Positions 30,416 through 40,678 of a stretch of 64,000 bases of DNA are shown in pieces. The notes under the pieces are model-generated. The model did not search any database. It was not told the origin of the DNA and saw nothing but the letters and a program-made list of their open reading frames with translations. The position numbers and the translations under genes are program-made. Origin of the DNA: an uncultured Chloroflexia bacterium (GTDB lineage: Bacteria; Chloroflexota; Anaerolineae; Caldilineales; Caldilineaceae); assembly GCA_963821815.1 (NCBI GenBank), contig CAWGFG010000005.1, forward strand, positions 26,956 to 90,955, in the 5' to 3' direction. Numbering within the stretch: position 1 is the stretch's first letter; every line of letters begins with the position of its first letter.

Positions 30416-31680
30416 TTAGAACGCTGCATCGGTCACCCTCTTGACCAGACCGCTACTAACCAGTGGCGTCTGTCTGCTAGAAAGCCGACTATGGCAAACT
30501 AACCCAAGTTTAGCCCGTATGTTCTGAATTGCCAAACTGGCTGTCCGATAGATTATTCCTCTGCCGATGCTTGGTTGATTTGGAACCTCCCGCATCCCGG
30601 CTGCGCCACAGCCAGCTGCTGCAGTCGCCAGCCAGGTGTTGCTGACAGGCGACACAATCAGGTCGGTGACGGTGGAGGAGAGTTGGAACACTGGTTGTCA
30701 GGTAGAGTCGATTAAACCGATGCGCGCCGTCAGTCTGGCTGTGTGCAGGCCGTTCTTGGCCGCGGGGTAAACTGTGTCGCCGACAACAGTGCCATCGGTC
30801 AACGACAGGCCGCCCACCGTTTCGTCGTCGTAGGGGATACGCCGCCTGGGCGGCGTATCCCGCCACAGGCCGTGCTGGTCCGTGGCGCATTCTGTCTCAC
30901 CTACAGCGCAGCAGTTGATCACGGAGAAAGCCTCTACCTGTGCGACACTGGGTCCATAGGAGACCCAGTCGGCGCCGGCTTAATAATGTCAGAGGCTGTC
31001 AGTTTACCGCGCCACGATCTGGTCGGCTCCGGCGAAGAGACGAATCACAAACGTACAGCCACTCCGTTCTTTCGCTTCACCCGCAACCATAAGCAAATAT
31101 GGCAAGAAGCACCAGCCACCAGCCGACCATTGAAAGAGACCGCATTCAGTGGCCGCGTTAAGTTGGCCGGAACCTGTGACAGCCAGGTCAAGCACCGAGT
31201 GACCGTCCAGGCTATCTCGTGTCGATACCTCGTTGTGTTTGGCATCCACACCGCTTCACTTCACATAGGTCGTTTCCAGGCCAGGTAGGTGTGACTGTTG
31301 TCCGGCGCCAGCACTTCCTCCCGGCCTCCAATAGTGCGGCCATTCTGTTCGGGTAGGATAGGAAGCGTTATTGGCAGATCGAGTTACTCCCGTATGGGTT
31401 CGCCGGCAGCCAGGTCAACTTGCAGGAAGCGCGCCCGTGCGCCGTAGCCGCTGTACGGCAGAAGTCCGTCCTGGAACAGCGGAGGGCTCCACTACGGTCG
31501 TCAGCCGCGATCCTTCTGGGCTACTCATGAGGCTCTCAACGTCTTGGTTGTGGCAGACACCGGATGATCCGTCGTCGGTCAGCCGATAGGCTTGGGCCAG
31601 GGGCAAAACATGAGCAAAACCGCCCGTTTCCATTATCTGGGCGACCAGGGATGGAGACAGTCGTTCGCCGCGCTTCAACC
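30416..31680 (-). pseudogene. degraded coding region of unknown function
   Basis: Protein-like segments lie in different frames (31415..31678, 31004..31249, 30698..30922, 30416..30691). The last two are the same frame, separated by TGA at 30698..30700. Confidence 0.25.
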
Positions 31681-32044
31681 ATAAAGGCGGTGTCAGGACT
31701 GATGGCCAACCTTTCCGAATCCATCATATGGTCAGCATCGGCAGCTCGGAGTTAAATCTGATTTGAACAGAGCAGAACAATGTACAGCAACTGGACCCAC
31801 TGTGGGCCACTCCCTGCAGTACGCCGATCGCACGGCAACTGTACCCCTTTTGTACCCCTTGGTCGGCCATGAATGGGTACCAAGTGATCTCGGAATTCCT
31901 GTTGAATAGGCGTAGGGACGTTTCACATTTCGGGTCGTTTATTATCAATGACTCCACTGCAAAAAGGGTCGCGAGAAAATAGAAAAACTGGTAAGCTGAC
32001 GTAAGCCAAGCAAGCAACAGTCGGAAAGCCAGAGAAACTGAAAC

Positions 32045-33794
32045 ATGTATCGAGAGAATCGCAAGCACCTGCAACCGAGTCTGATGAGTGACGTCACGAT
32101 GATGTCCAAGGCGCAACGAGAGCGTCTGGAACAGTCATGGGCCGGACCCTTTCGGGAGTACTGTTTCAAGCAGATCGACGAGAGCATCTTTGCCGTACTC
32201 TATTCGGATGTGCCGTCCAGACCCAACGTGCCGATCAATGTGCTAGTCGGACTGGAGATCCTCAAGAGCGGACTGGGCTGGAGCGACGAAGAGTTGTACG
32301 ACTCCTTTCTCTTCGACATGCAGGTGCGCTATGCGGTGGGCTACGAAAGCCTGAATGATGGGACATTTACCATTCGCTCGCTCTATCATTTTCGCCGCCG
32401 GTTGAGCCAGTATCACCAGGAGCAAGGAGTCAACCTGCTGGAAGTAGCCTTTGAAGCGATCACAGACGAGCAAGTGAAGCGGCTGAACGTGCGCACCAAG
32501 ACGCTGCGCATGGACAGTACCCAGATCGCCAGCGACATCAGAGAGAGCAGTCGTCTCCACCTGCTGGTCGAGGGAGTGAATCGACTCTATCGCATCCTGG
32601 ACGACGGGGAGAAAGCAGCCTACGCATCGCTGTGTGAAGCCTACATTCAGACAGAGACCAAGCGCTATGTCTATGGCATCAAAGGGCCGGGTGCGGTGGA
32701 TGAAGCCATCAAAGACATCGGCATAACGCTGGCTCAAATGCTGTCTGACCTGAAAGAGCGCCATGGCTCGCACCCAGTCTATCAGACGGTGCAGCGGCTC
32801 TTCGACGACAACTATCGCATTGAGGCTGATGGGGTAGAGCCGAAAGCGCAACAACGAGATCGGGTCAGGCGCTCTGCAGTCCTTGGATGACCTGGAAGCC
32901 AGCTATCGGCACAAAGCGGGCAATTCCTATCAAGGCTATGTGGCCAACATCAGCGAGAGTTGTGACGAAGAGAACGATTTGCAGTTGATCTCCAAGGTGC
33001 AGGTGGCGCCCAACAATGCCGAGGATGCGGCGCTGTTGGCAGAAGCCCTGCCGAACTTGGTGGAGCGCACAGAGCTGGACACGCTGTATACGGACGGCGG
33101 CTATGGCAGCGAGGCAGTCGACCGCTTGACAAATGAGCATCAGGTTGAGCAAATTCAGACTGGGATTCGGGGTCGCGTCCCTGATCCCAACAAGCTCACA
33201 CTGGCCGACTTCGACATCGAACAGGATGCAGATGGCAGGCCGACCGGTATCACCTGTCCGCAAGGTCAACGAGTTGAGGTGGAATCAGCGCGCAAGTCCG
33301 GCTTTGTGGCTCGCTTCGACCCTGACATCTGCACCACCTGTCCTTTACACCTGGCAGACCGTTGTCGGGCCAAGCCGCACAAACGCAATCATCGCTTCGC
33401 CCTGAGATTCACTCAGAAGCAGGTCTTTGTGGCGCAGCGCAGACGTAGGCATGCAGAGTTTCGTAGCGCGCCGGGCAATCCAAGAGCGTCAATTGAAGCC
33501 ACCATACGCTCCGTCAAGCACCCGTTTCGCCAGGGCAAGCTGCCCGTGCGAGGTCTTTTCCGCGTCACATGCATGATGATCGCATCCGCTGCCATGTGCA
33601 ACGTACGTCGTATTCAGCGCTATCTGGCCGATAATGGCCCTTGGCGACATGTTTCTTGGCCAGTTTCCGTCCATCGCACCCCATCGGGACGCCTTGACAA
33701 GCCAGTTCCGGCAGTCAACAGCCTAATCGCCTCAGGTCGACGCTTATTCTGGCGACCTCTTTGTCGCCGTCACAATACATGTTTCAGTTGTTAA
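32045..33794 (+). pseudogene. IS1182-family (DUF772 + DDE) transposase with one frame change near 32870
   Basis: FREYCF...PSRPNVPINVLVGLEILK (DUF772). After the shift: LQSLDDLEASYRHKAGNSYQGYV, YTDGGYGS, cysteine cluster, ASIEATIRSVKHPF..GKLPVRGLFRV. Confidence 0.8.
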
Positions 33795-34003
33795 GGTGCG
33801 CTTCTTTCAGTAGAGTCATATAGGGTAAAGCGGACGCACGCCCCCTCCTTCCGCCATCCGTCACGGTCCGATACCGAGCTGGCGACGATTTTCCATGTGA
33901 CCAATTATTATGTCGAGTACCAATACCGGGCTGCGACGGGGCAAGCATTTGCACAGCATCATCCTGGAGATCGAGAGCGGCTCGCAGATCCCCTGGCACT
34001 TTT

Positions 34004-34560
34004 TTATTGGTGGGGTATAGTGGGCCCGGCCCGTTCGAGCCAGGCCTTGGCATCCAGTGTCAGTACCTCGGACGCCTTGTTCTCGTACTCGTCGAGTTCG
34101 TCCTCTGTCAGCACATCTCGCCAGCGGCCATTTGTTCCCTTATAGAAAAATGAACGCGCTCCTCCTACCCACTTGCTAGAATTGTTGAAGCCCTCTCGTT
34201 CAGCACGGGTACGCATCGCGGTGAGGCTGGTTTGCTGTGCAATCTGTGATGGTGAGGAGGGAGACGCGTCAAACCACAGACCGAGTCGATGGAGGCTTTG
34301 CCTTTCCGGGCGCCGTAGCGCTGGATGAGGATGACCTGTGCCACATCGCTCCATTGGTCAGCGTGTGTGCCGTGCGGGAACTGGCGGCCGACAGCATTAC
34401 CCCCGCATCTGTTGCGCCACACCATTCGGCTCGCCACTGCATGCGTCTTCCTGGAGGCTTTGTGAGCTTGGCGTGGGTGTTGGGTAATCGTACAGTTCGG
34501 TTCCCGCAGGTCTACGGACAGCCGGCAGAGGAAGAGAGGGTCGAGCGCAGTAAGCCAGAT
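34004..34560 (-). pseudogene. sulfotransferase-like remnant
   Basis: C-terminal FFYKGTNGRWRDVLTEDELDEY resembles the sulfotransferase F.RKG..G.W...t motif. Upstream parts lie in other frames. Confidence 0.3.
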
Positions 34561-34861
34561 CGACCTCAACGCCTGCGCAGAATGTTGCGTTCTGTGCGAT
34601 TGTGGCGGCTGCTGACGGCAATGGTTGTACAGCGTTTCAAATGATAGAAGTCTGCCAGGGTTTCCCGTGCGAACCGACGGGTCGCCCGAGGACGAAGATC
34701 GTTGAGGACCGGGATGAAGCGATCCACCAACCGGTCTGTGCTCTCCCGTTGACGCACCCAGCAGAAGGCGGCAAACAGGGCGCAGGCTTGAGAGCTATCC
34801 TGACGACGTCGTCGGAGAGCGAAAGAACCCGCTCACCCTCATCGCCGATGCCAGAACCCAG

Positions 34862-36286
34862 CTATCGGGAAGCCGCAACTTCCCGATAGCTGGTCGTGGT
34901 GTAGATCGTAAATGATTCCGCCTGCGGTTTGATGTTCTGGTTGATGTGGAAAACGTTGTCCGGGTCGTACTGGGCCTTTATCTTCGCCAGCCGGTCATCG
35001 TTGTGCCGGTACGAAGCCTTCACCCGTTCCTGTCCCTCATCGTCCATCATGAAGTTGACGTAGGCGCCGCCCGCCGAATAGGGGTGGATGGCGTCCCAGT
35101 AGTCGCGCGTCCACGAGATGATCTTGTCGTTACTGGCCGGGTCGGGGTCCACGCCCACGATCACCATGCCCCACTTCGCATCGCGGTAGGCCCACGCCGT
35201 CTCATCGGCGCCAACTCGTGCCGCCGCGCCGTCGATGGGATACATGTGCATGGTAGACTGCGGTGTCGGCAATGCGTGCGCATACTCAATATGCTTATCG
35301 ATGGCGGCATCCGGAATCTCTTTGATGAAATCCGCCTTCCAGTACCACTGATGACCGGCCGGATAGAGCGGGTCAAACATGCTCTGCCACGCTGGATGCG
35401 GCATACGACCCACGTGTTCGGTCGCGACCGGCGCAGCAGCGCGGGCGGAATCTAGCGCTGCTTCGGCCTGGCCGTCCGTACCCGTACAGCACCAGAACAC
35501 ACCGCACATCTTCTTGCCGACTAGAGCGTCGGGAAAGGGTGGTCCTGGAACCGTGACAAAGGCAAAGAAGCCGTTAATCTCATCCGCCTGCGCGGGCATG
35601 AATTCCCGGTACCACTGTAAGACATCCTTGGTGTGCTCCAGCTCCCAGAGCATGGGTCCGGCGTAGTCCATGCTTACGTCGTTACCGCGGAAGAGGAAGG
35701 ACGTCACTACCCCAAAATTGCCGCCGCCGCCACGAACGGCCCAAAAGAGATCCGGGTGGTTGTCGGCGTCCACGGTGACGAAGCTGCCGTCGGCCAACAC
35801 CATGTCCGCTTCGAGCAGATTGTCGATGGTCAGCCCGTACTTGCGGGTGAGATGGCCCATGCCGCCGCCCAGAGTCAAGCCACCAACGCCGGTGGTGGAA
35901 ATGATACCGGTCGGGACGGCCATGCCAAAGGCGTGGGTGGCCGAGTCCACATCAGCCCAGGTTGCGCCGCCGCCCACACGAACGGTGCGGGCGTCTGGGT
36001 CAACGCGCACATTGTTGATGGGCGAAAGGTCGATCACCAACCCGCCGTCCACCGTTCCCAAGCCACCGCCGTTGTGCCCACCGCCGCGGACGGCGATGTC
36101 CAGGCCCCGCTCGCGTCCATAGGTGACTGCGGCCATGACATCGGCTGCGTTGGCGCACTGGGCAATTAAGGCCGGCTTTTTGTCGATCATGCCGTTGTAG
36201 ACGGCGCGCGCGTCGTCGTAGCCGTCATCTCCGGGATGGACGACTTTTCCTCTCAGTTCCAAGGTCGGTTCCACTGCAACTGCCAT
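34862..36286 (-). CDS. FAD-linked oxidase (FAD_binding_4 + BBE-like C-terminus)
   Basis: PALIAQCANAADVMAAVTYGRERGLDIAVRGGGHN, GGATWADV, TGGVGGLTLGGGMG, and C-terminal YVNFM...KAQYDPDNVFHINQNI. I prefer the internal ATG (MAVAVEP). Confidence 0.85.
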   Translation of the reverse strand: MAVAVEPTLELRGKVVHPGDDGYDDARAVYNGMIDKKPALIAQCANAADVMAAVTYGRERGLDIAVRGGGHNGGGLGTVDGGLVIDLSPINNVRVDPDARTVRVGGGATWADVDSATHAFGMAVPTGIISTTGVGGLTLGGGMGHLTRKYGLTIDNLLEADMVLADGSFVTVDADNHPDLFWAVRGGGGNFGVVTSFLFRGNDVSMDYAGPMLWELEHTKDVLQWYREFMPAQADEINGFFAFVTVPGPPFPDALVGKKMCGVFWCCTGTDGQAEAALDSARAAAPVATEHVGRMPHPAWQSMFDPLYPAGHQWYWKADFIKEIPDAAIDKHIEYAHALPTPQSTMHMYPIDGAAARVGADETAWAYRDAKWGMVIVGVDPDPASNDKIISWTRDYWDAIHPYSAGGAYVNFMMDDEGQERVKASYRHNDDRLAKIKAQYDPDNVFHINQNIKPQAESFTIYTTTSYREVAASR

Positions 36287-36837
36287 TCTGCTCCTCCTTT
36301 GTGTGTGTACTGCACGTAAGCGAACAAAAACTCTCATGCAAGCCGAACAGACTCTCATGAGAAGAGGCAGGATCAAATCATCACAGCACGATTTCCAGTT
36401 GATCGTTCCCCGCCTGTGCTAGCAGAGTAGCAAAGGCTGATGAGGCACTGCCGCACGCCGGAAAAGAAAGCAGGGAGCGGTGCAGCGTGCGCTAAGGTTT
36501 CGACCCGAGATCAAGGGTGTGCTGTTGGTTTTGTTTCAGTGGCGCTGCGATGTGATAACTTGCAGAGGATAGAATGCGCAATTAAGACTGTCAATATTGT
36601 ACATATTATCACAAATGATCGGCCCCTCTCTCCATGCGTGCTGCCGGCGGATGTTGGGGCTGATCGGCTACATCTCCACGCTGCTCTACGGGGTGGACGA
36701 TGGCATGTCCGATACGTTCCGTGAGTTGCCGGCCTATTTCTCGGCAGCGCTCATAGCAGGGTTACCTGTCTAGACGCAAAGCGCAAGAGGAAGCAAATCG
36801 TCACGACAAAACGGACAGCCAGGCCAGGGATTCGCTG

Positions 36838-37095
36838 GTGCGCAAGATCTATCTCTACATTTTTCTCTTTGTTTCAATCATGTCGGTGCTGGGCAGCGCA
36901 ATTTTCGTCATCTACTGGCTGCTGCAGTGGCTGCTATTCAGCGAATCCCTCACGCTAATCGACATCGCGATTCCCCTGACGATAGCCGCAGTGCAACTCA
37001 TCGTCTGGTTCTATCATCTCGCCACACTGCGAACGGACCGCACGCTGACCGCCCCGCGTGAGGTGCGCCAACTGGCGACATGCAACTGGCGCTGA
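36838..37095 (+). CDS. membrane protein fragment (hypothetical)
   Basis: Two strongly hydrophobic helices (IYLYIFLFVSIMSVLGSAIFVIYWLL; IDIAIPLTIAAVQLIVWFY). The context looks decayed. Confidence 0.2.
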   Translation: MRKIYLYIFLFVSIMSVLGSAIFVIYWLLQWLLFSESLTLIDIAIPLTIAAVQLIVWFYHLATLRTDRTLTAPREVRQLATCNWR

Positions 37096-37300
37096 TCGAC
37101 GACGGGGATTCGGCCGCAATGGCCTGCATTGCGGCGCGCCTACGCAAGGCGGCTCCTGGGCTAGATGTTGTGCCAATACAAGCAGGCGCGACGGATTTAC
37201 CGGCGGCGGAGCAGCAGAGGGCGGCGGCGCAACTGGAGCAAGCGGAGGTCATAGTCGCTCCCTGGTCGCTCTACCTCAAGCAGGAAGGGACATCACCCTC

Positions 37301-37340
37301 GTGACCTGCTCCATCGCTTTAGCGGGGGAGAGCAGGTCAC
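37301..37340. repeat. Right-end-type hairpin at the left edge of unit A
   Basis: gtgacctgctcc-atcgctttagcgg-gggagagcaggtcac. The 3' 27 nt match the IS605 right end (39893..39919) almost exactly. Confidence 0.8.
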
Positions 37341-37346
37341 ATAGAG

Positions 37347-37550
37347 GTGCAGACTATGATGAGCAAGAAGGACTTCGCAGCGATAAAAACACTGAATAAG
37401 CGTGGTGTCTATCAGAAGGACATCGCAGAACAGGTGGGCGTACATCCCAGGACCGTGAGCAACTCCTACCGAAACGGCGACAAACCGCTTGCGCTTACAA
37501 AGGGGGCTCTGTTACAGGAGAAATTATTTAGACTTCTTAATACTTCTTGA
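37347..37550 (+). pseudogene. IS21 IstA N-terminal HTH stub (67 aa)
   Basis: MSKKDFAAIKTLNKRGVYQKDIAEQVGVHPRTVS is typical of IstA N-termini. The ORF stops before any DDE domain. Confidence 0.6.
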
Positions 37551-37611
37551 TAGGCAGTCAGTTCTTCATCGGACTCCCACTGCCACGTTCGCGTCAAGCC
37601 TCACTTGTGTG

Positions 37612-37842
37612 TCACCAGAGGTTTGTATATGTATCTGCTGTTCGAGGCTTTACGGCTACAATGATCACCCTGTCGCCCTTCACCTGATAGATGATACGCC
37701 AGCCATCGATCTGGATACGGCGCAAACCCGCCAATTCCCGGCCTAATGCCTTACTATCAGGTGGCCTTGGCTCCTCTTGCAGATCGAGAATGATCTCCAG
37801 CATGTCTTTGCTCAGGCGAGGGGGCACCGTACGCAAGGCCAC
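37612..37842 (-). CDS. RelE/ParE-family toxin
   Basis: ...ILDLQEEPRPPDSKALGRELAGLRRIQIDGWRIIYQVKGDRVIIVAVKPR. The conserved N-terminal residues (YQLELTDKAQ) lie upstream of the first canonical start, up to about 37872. Confidence 0.75.
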   Translation of the reverse strand: MALRTVPPRLSKDMLEIILDLQEEPRPPDSKALGRELAGLRRIQIDGWRIIYQVKGDRVIIVAVKPRTADTYTNLW

Positions 37843-37861
37843 CTGTGCCTTGTCTGTTAGC

Positions 37862-38149
37862 TCAAGTTGGTACTGAATTGCCGATCAAGGCCCGGAGGCC
37901 TGCCTCGTCGATTGGGGTGGTTGAGTTCTCGCCTCGCTCCAGTTCCAGTAGCCCCTCCAACCCGGTCACAAGATCGTCCAGGTCTTCCAGCCGTTCGGCG
38001 ATTTTGTTCCACTGCTCGGGCGAAACGATGACAGCCACAGGTTTGCCCTTGCTGGACAGCATGACCGGACTCTCTTTTGCCTTGCTGATTACGTCCAGAT
38101 GCCGATGGCGAATATCGCTAACCGTTGCCGTCTGCGGTAGTTTATTCAT
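37862..38149 (-). CDS. Phd/YefM-family antitoxin
   Basis: TVSDIRHRHLDVISKAKESPVMLSSKGKPVAVIVSPEQW. GAGGTG RBS. Its stop overlaps the start region of the toxin. Confidence 0.85.
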   Translation of the reverse strand: MNKLPQTATVSDIRHRHLDVISKAKESPVMLSSKGKPVAVIVSPEQWNKIAERLEDLDDLVTGLEGLLELERGENSTTPIDEAGLRALIGNSVPT

Positions 38150-38263
38150 GGTTGCACCTCGTATGTCATTAAAATGTCATCTAGTGATATCGTAGCAGGT
38201 AAAAGATTAGAAGTCAATCGTGTCACCGCCAATATTAAACTCCCCAGAAACGCCATCGGAGGT

Positions 38264-38340
38264 CCATAGAAAAGTGCCAGGGTACTCCCCTTTTCAAAGG
38301 GGATGGGGAATGGCACGCTCTCCTGGTTCCCCGTTAGTTC
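38264..38340 (+). repeat. tnpA-upstream (left-end-like) motif, reference copy
   Basis: ccatagaaaagtgccagggtactccccttttcaaaggggatggggaatggcacgctctcctggttcccc. Partial copies at 233, 11521, 43181, 52890 and 54564. Confidence 0.7.
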
Positions 38341-38373
38341 GATTAATTTCATCTAGTCCAGTATCTTACCAAA

Positions 38374-38766
38374 ATGACGGTGAAACGCACACGACATTCT
38401 GCCTACGAAATCAACTATCACTTCGTGTGGGTTCCGCTATACCGGCGACCGCTTCTGGTTGACGGTATTGCGTCTCAACTGGTTGAGTTGCCGCAAGAGA
38501 AGACTTGCGAACTTGAGGGCGAAATCTGGCATGTGAGCGTACAGCCTGACCACGTTCACCTGTTCTACAGCGTCCTGCCTACGTTTGCGCCCCACCAGAT
38601 CATGCACCGGCTCAAGGGGTACAGCGCCCGCATGCTGCGCAAAGAGTTTCCTCATCTGCAAAGCGAGATGCCGATCATGTGGACGCGCGCCTACTGTGTA
38701 GGGACGGCTGGCACTGTATCGGCTAAGACGATTCAGCGATACATTGAGGAGCAGGGGGGCAGGTAG
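38374..38766 (+). CDS. tnpA: IS200/IS605 Y1 (HUH) transposase
   Basis: 130 aa. YHFVWVPLYRRP, HUH as HVHL, C-terminal WTRAYCVGTAG...IQRYIEEQ with the catalytic Tyr region. Confidence 0.9.
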   Translation: MTVKRTRHSAYEINYHFVWVPLYRRPLLVDGIASQLVELPQEKTCELEGEIWHVSVQPDHVHLFYSVLPTFAPHQIMHRLKGYSARMLRKEFPHLQSEMPIMWTRAYCVGTAGTVSAKTIQRYIEEQGGR

Positions 38767-39902
38767 GTGATCCGCACGGTCAAGTACCGCTTGTCGCCGA
38801 CGAAAAAGCAGCGCTTTGTGCTGGACGCTCTCTTTTTTCAGATGCAGACCGTCTACAACGATGCGTTGAACGAACGGCGCTGGTACTGGCGCAGGAGTCG
38901 GCGCAGCATCAGCTACTGCGACCAATGGAAACGGATGCGCAATAACGGCACAAGTACCCCGACGAAAGAGGGTTGTTGGACGCCACGTCGATCCAGCAAA
39001 TGCTTCGCCGTGTGGATAAGGTGAGCCGGGCGTTTTACCAGGGGCAACGGGGAGCGCCGCGATTCAAGGGGCGCACCCGCTTCAAGAGCGTGGAGTACCG
39101 CTGCAGGGACGGTTGCAAACTGTGCGGCAACAGGCTGTACGTGCAACACGTGGGGGAGATTCCAGTCAGGCTGCATCGTCCGCTTCCGGAGGACGCCGTG
39201 AGTAAGCAGGTCATCCTCAAGCGCAGCCTGGATAAGTGGTATGTCTGCTTTCAGATCGAGCTGCCCGACCCCGAACCTATCGTCCACAGCGGTCCAGCCG
39301 TGGGTGTGGACGTCGGTTTGCACAGCCTGTTGGCGTTTTCCGACGGCACGTTGGTCGACAATCCACGCTGGCTGCGAAGCGGATTGCGCAAGCTGCGAGT
39401 CGCACAACGTCGCCTGTCCAGGCGCAAGAAGTACAGTTCGGGGTGGCGCAAGGCCGCTCGACAGGTCGCCAAGCAGCACGAGCATGTGGCCAATCAGAGG
39501 CGTGACTTCTGGCACAAGACCACAACCGAGCTCGCCCAAACGTACGGCCTGATTGCCATCGAGGAGTTGAATCTGGCGTTTATGACCCGCAACGGCCATT
39601 TGTCCCTGTCCGCACACGACGCGGCGTTGGGCATGTTCCGGCAAATGTTGAGCTACAAAGTCGAAAATACTGGTAGCCGGCTCGTTGCTGTGGACCCGCG
39701 CAACACGAGCCAAGCGTGTAGCGGTTGTGGGGTGATTGTCGCCAAAGGTCTGAACGTTCGTACCCATCATTGTCCTGACTGTGGCGTTGAGCTCGATCGG
39801 GATGTCAACGCTGCTCGGAATATTCTTGCCCGTGGACTGCGGGTTGAGGCGCTAACGTATCCGGTTGCGGACTGCGTAGCCTCAGATGCTCCCTCGCTTT
39901 AG
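38767..39902 (+). pseudogene. tnpB: TnpB (RuvC-like RNA-guided nuclease), frame change near 38940-38950
   Basis: ORFs 38767..39024 and 38973..39902. RuvC-I GVDVGL, RuvC-II IAIEELN, zinc finger CSGCG..CPDCG and RuvC-III DRDVNAARNI are all present in the second frame. Confidence 0.85.
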
Positions 39903-39919
39903 CGGGGAGAGCAGGTCAC
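39740..39919 (+). ncRNA. candidate omega (right-end) RNA scaffold of TnpB
   Basis: By analogy with characterised IS200/IS605 TnpB systems, the guide RNA spans the tnpB 3' end through the right-end hairpin (ctccc-tcgctttagcg-gggag...caggtcac). The 5' limit is a guess. Confidence 0.35.
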
Positions 39920-40384
39920 GCCTTCCCCGCTCGTTCAGGTCCGCTCGTCGCTCTCTTCGACACCTTTCTCAACGATTTTGTCTTCTGGTCGATGGTGAAG
40001 GCAGCCCCCAAGGTACTGCTGGTGGCGCTCGGCGTGCCAATGGCGGTGCAGGAGCAGCTATCGGAGGCGGAAACGGCGGAACTCCACGCGTTCCTTGAGT
40101 CCATCGTGCCGATGGGTGCACGACGTGTGGGCCAACTGCTGGAACAGCACATGTCCGAATATGACACGACGCCGATTCACACAATCGAAGCAGCGACGCT
40201 GGTACTCCACGCGCCCGATGACACACTGGTCCCGATGGAGCACACGGAGTTCACCGATCAGTATGTGCCTGACGTTACGCTAGTGCCCATGCAGGAAGGC
40301 GGTCATCTGGCCTTGCTATTCAACAGGAATGCAGCGGCGCAGGAAGAGCTTCGCGGATTCCTGGCACAGCACAATTCGCAGTAA
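39920..40384 (+). pseudogene. alpha/beta hydrolase, C-terminal fragment starting at the unit A boundary
   Basis: The frame is open from the right end. ...ATLVLHAPDDTLVPMEHTEF...VPMQEGGHLALL is the Asp/His end of the fold. No N-terminal half exists on the other side of the unit. Confidence 0.55.
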
Positions 40385-40394
40385 AGGCACAGTG

Positions 40395-40616
40395 CTAGTT
40401 GGCTCCCTACGCCGAGAATGTCTCGATTACATGCTTGTGCTCAACCAGGAGCGTCTCAATATCATCACTCGAGACCACGCCAAGTACTACAACAGGTGTG
40501 CGCCGCGTCAAGGATTGGCGCAGAGCATCCCAGTTCTGTTGGATGATCCGCCGGCTACGGGTGGGGGCGTCGCTCTTCCGGTGCTCGGTGGTTTACACCA
40601 TTCACAAGTCATTTGA
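40395..40616 (+). pseudogene. rve (integrase-core) transposase, C-terminal fragment
   Basis: VGSLRRECLDYMLVLNQERLNIITRDHAKYYNRCAPRQGLAQSIP matches the conserved tail of IS481/IS3-type DDE transposases. Confidence 0.55.
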
Positions 40617-40678
40617 CGCCCACACATCACGCTGTCCTTTGGTAGAATAGAGTACTGCATACTGGCTGAGCGTCGAGC

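Larger units (their letters stand above)
37301..39919 (+). mobile_element. Composite repeat unit A: hairpin, IS21 istA stub, RelE/Phd, IS200/IS605 tnpA-tnpB, right-end hairpin
   Basis: About 95% identical to 53600..55213 apart from a 1,003-bp internal deletion in that copy. Homology starts and stops at the same nucleotides in both copies, and the flanks are unrelated. Confidence 0.8.

Noticed and set aside
35633-36169. Plus-strand ORFs of 150-178 aa inside the FAD-oxidase gene; likewise 38913..39770 (minus) inside tnpB, 18360..18932 (minus) inside IS701 and 32243..32854 (minus) inside IS1182
   Set aside because: All are antisense to genes with strong family motifs and have no motifs of their own.
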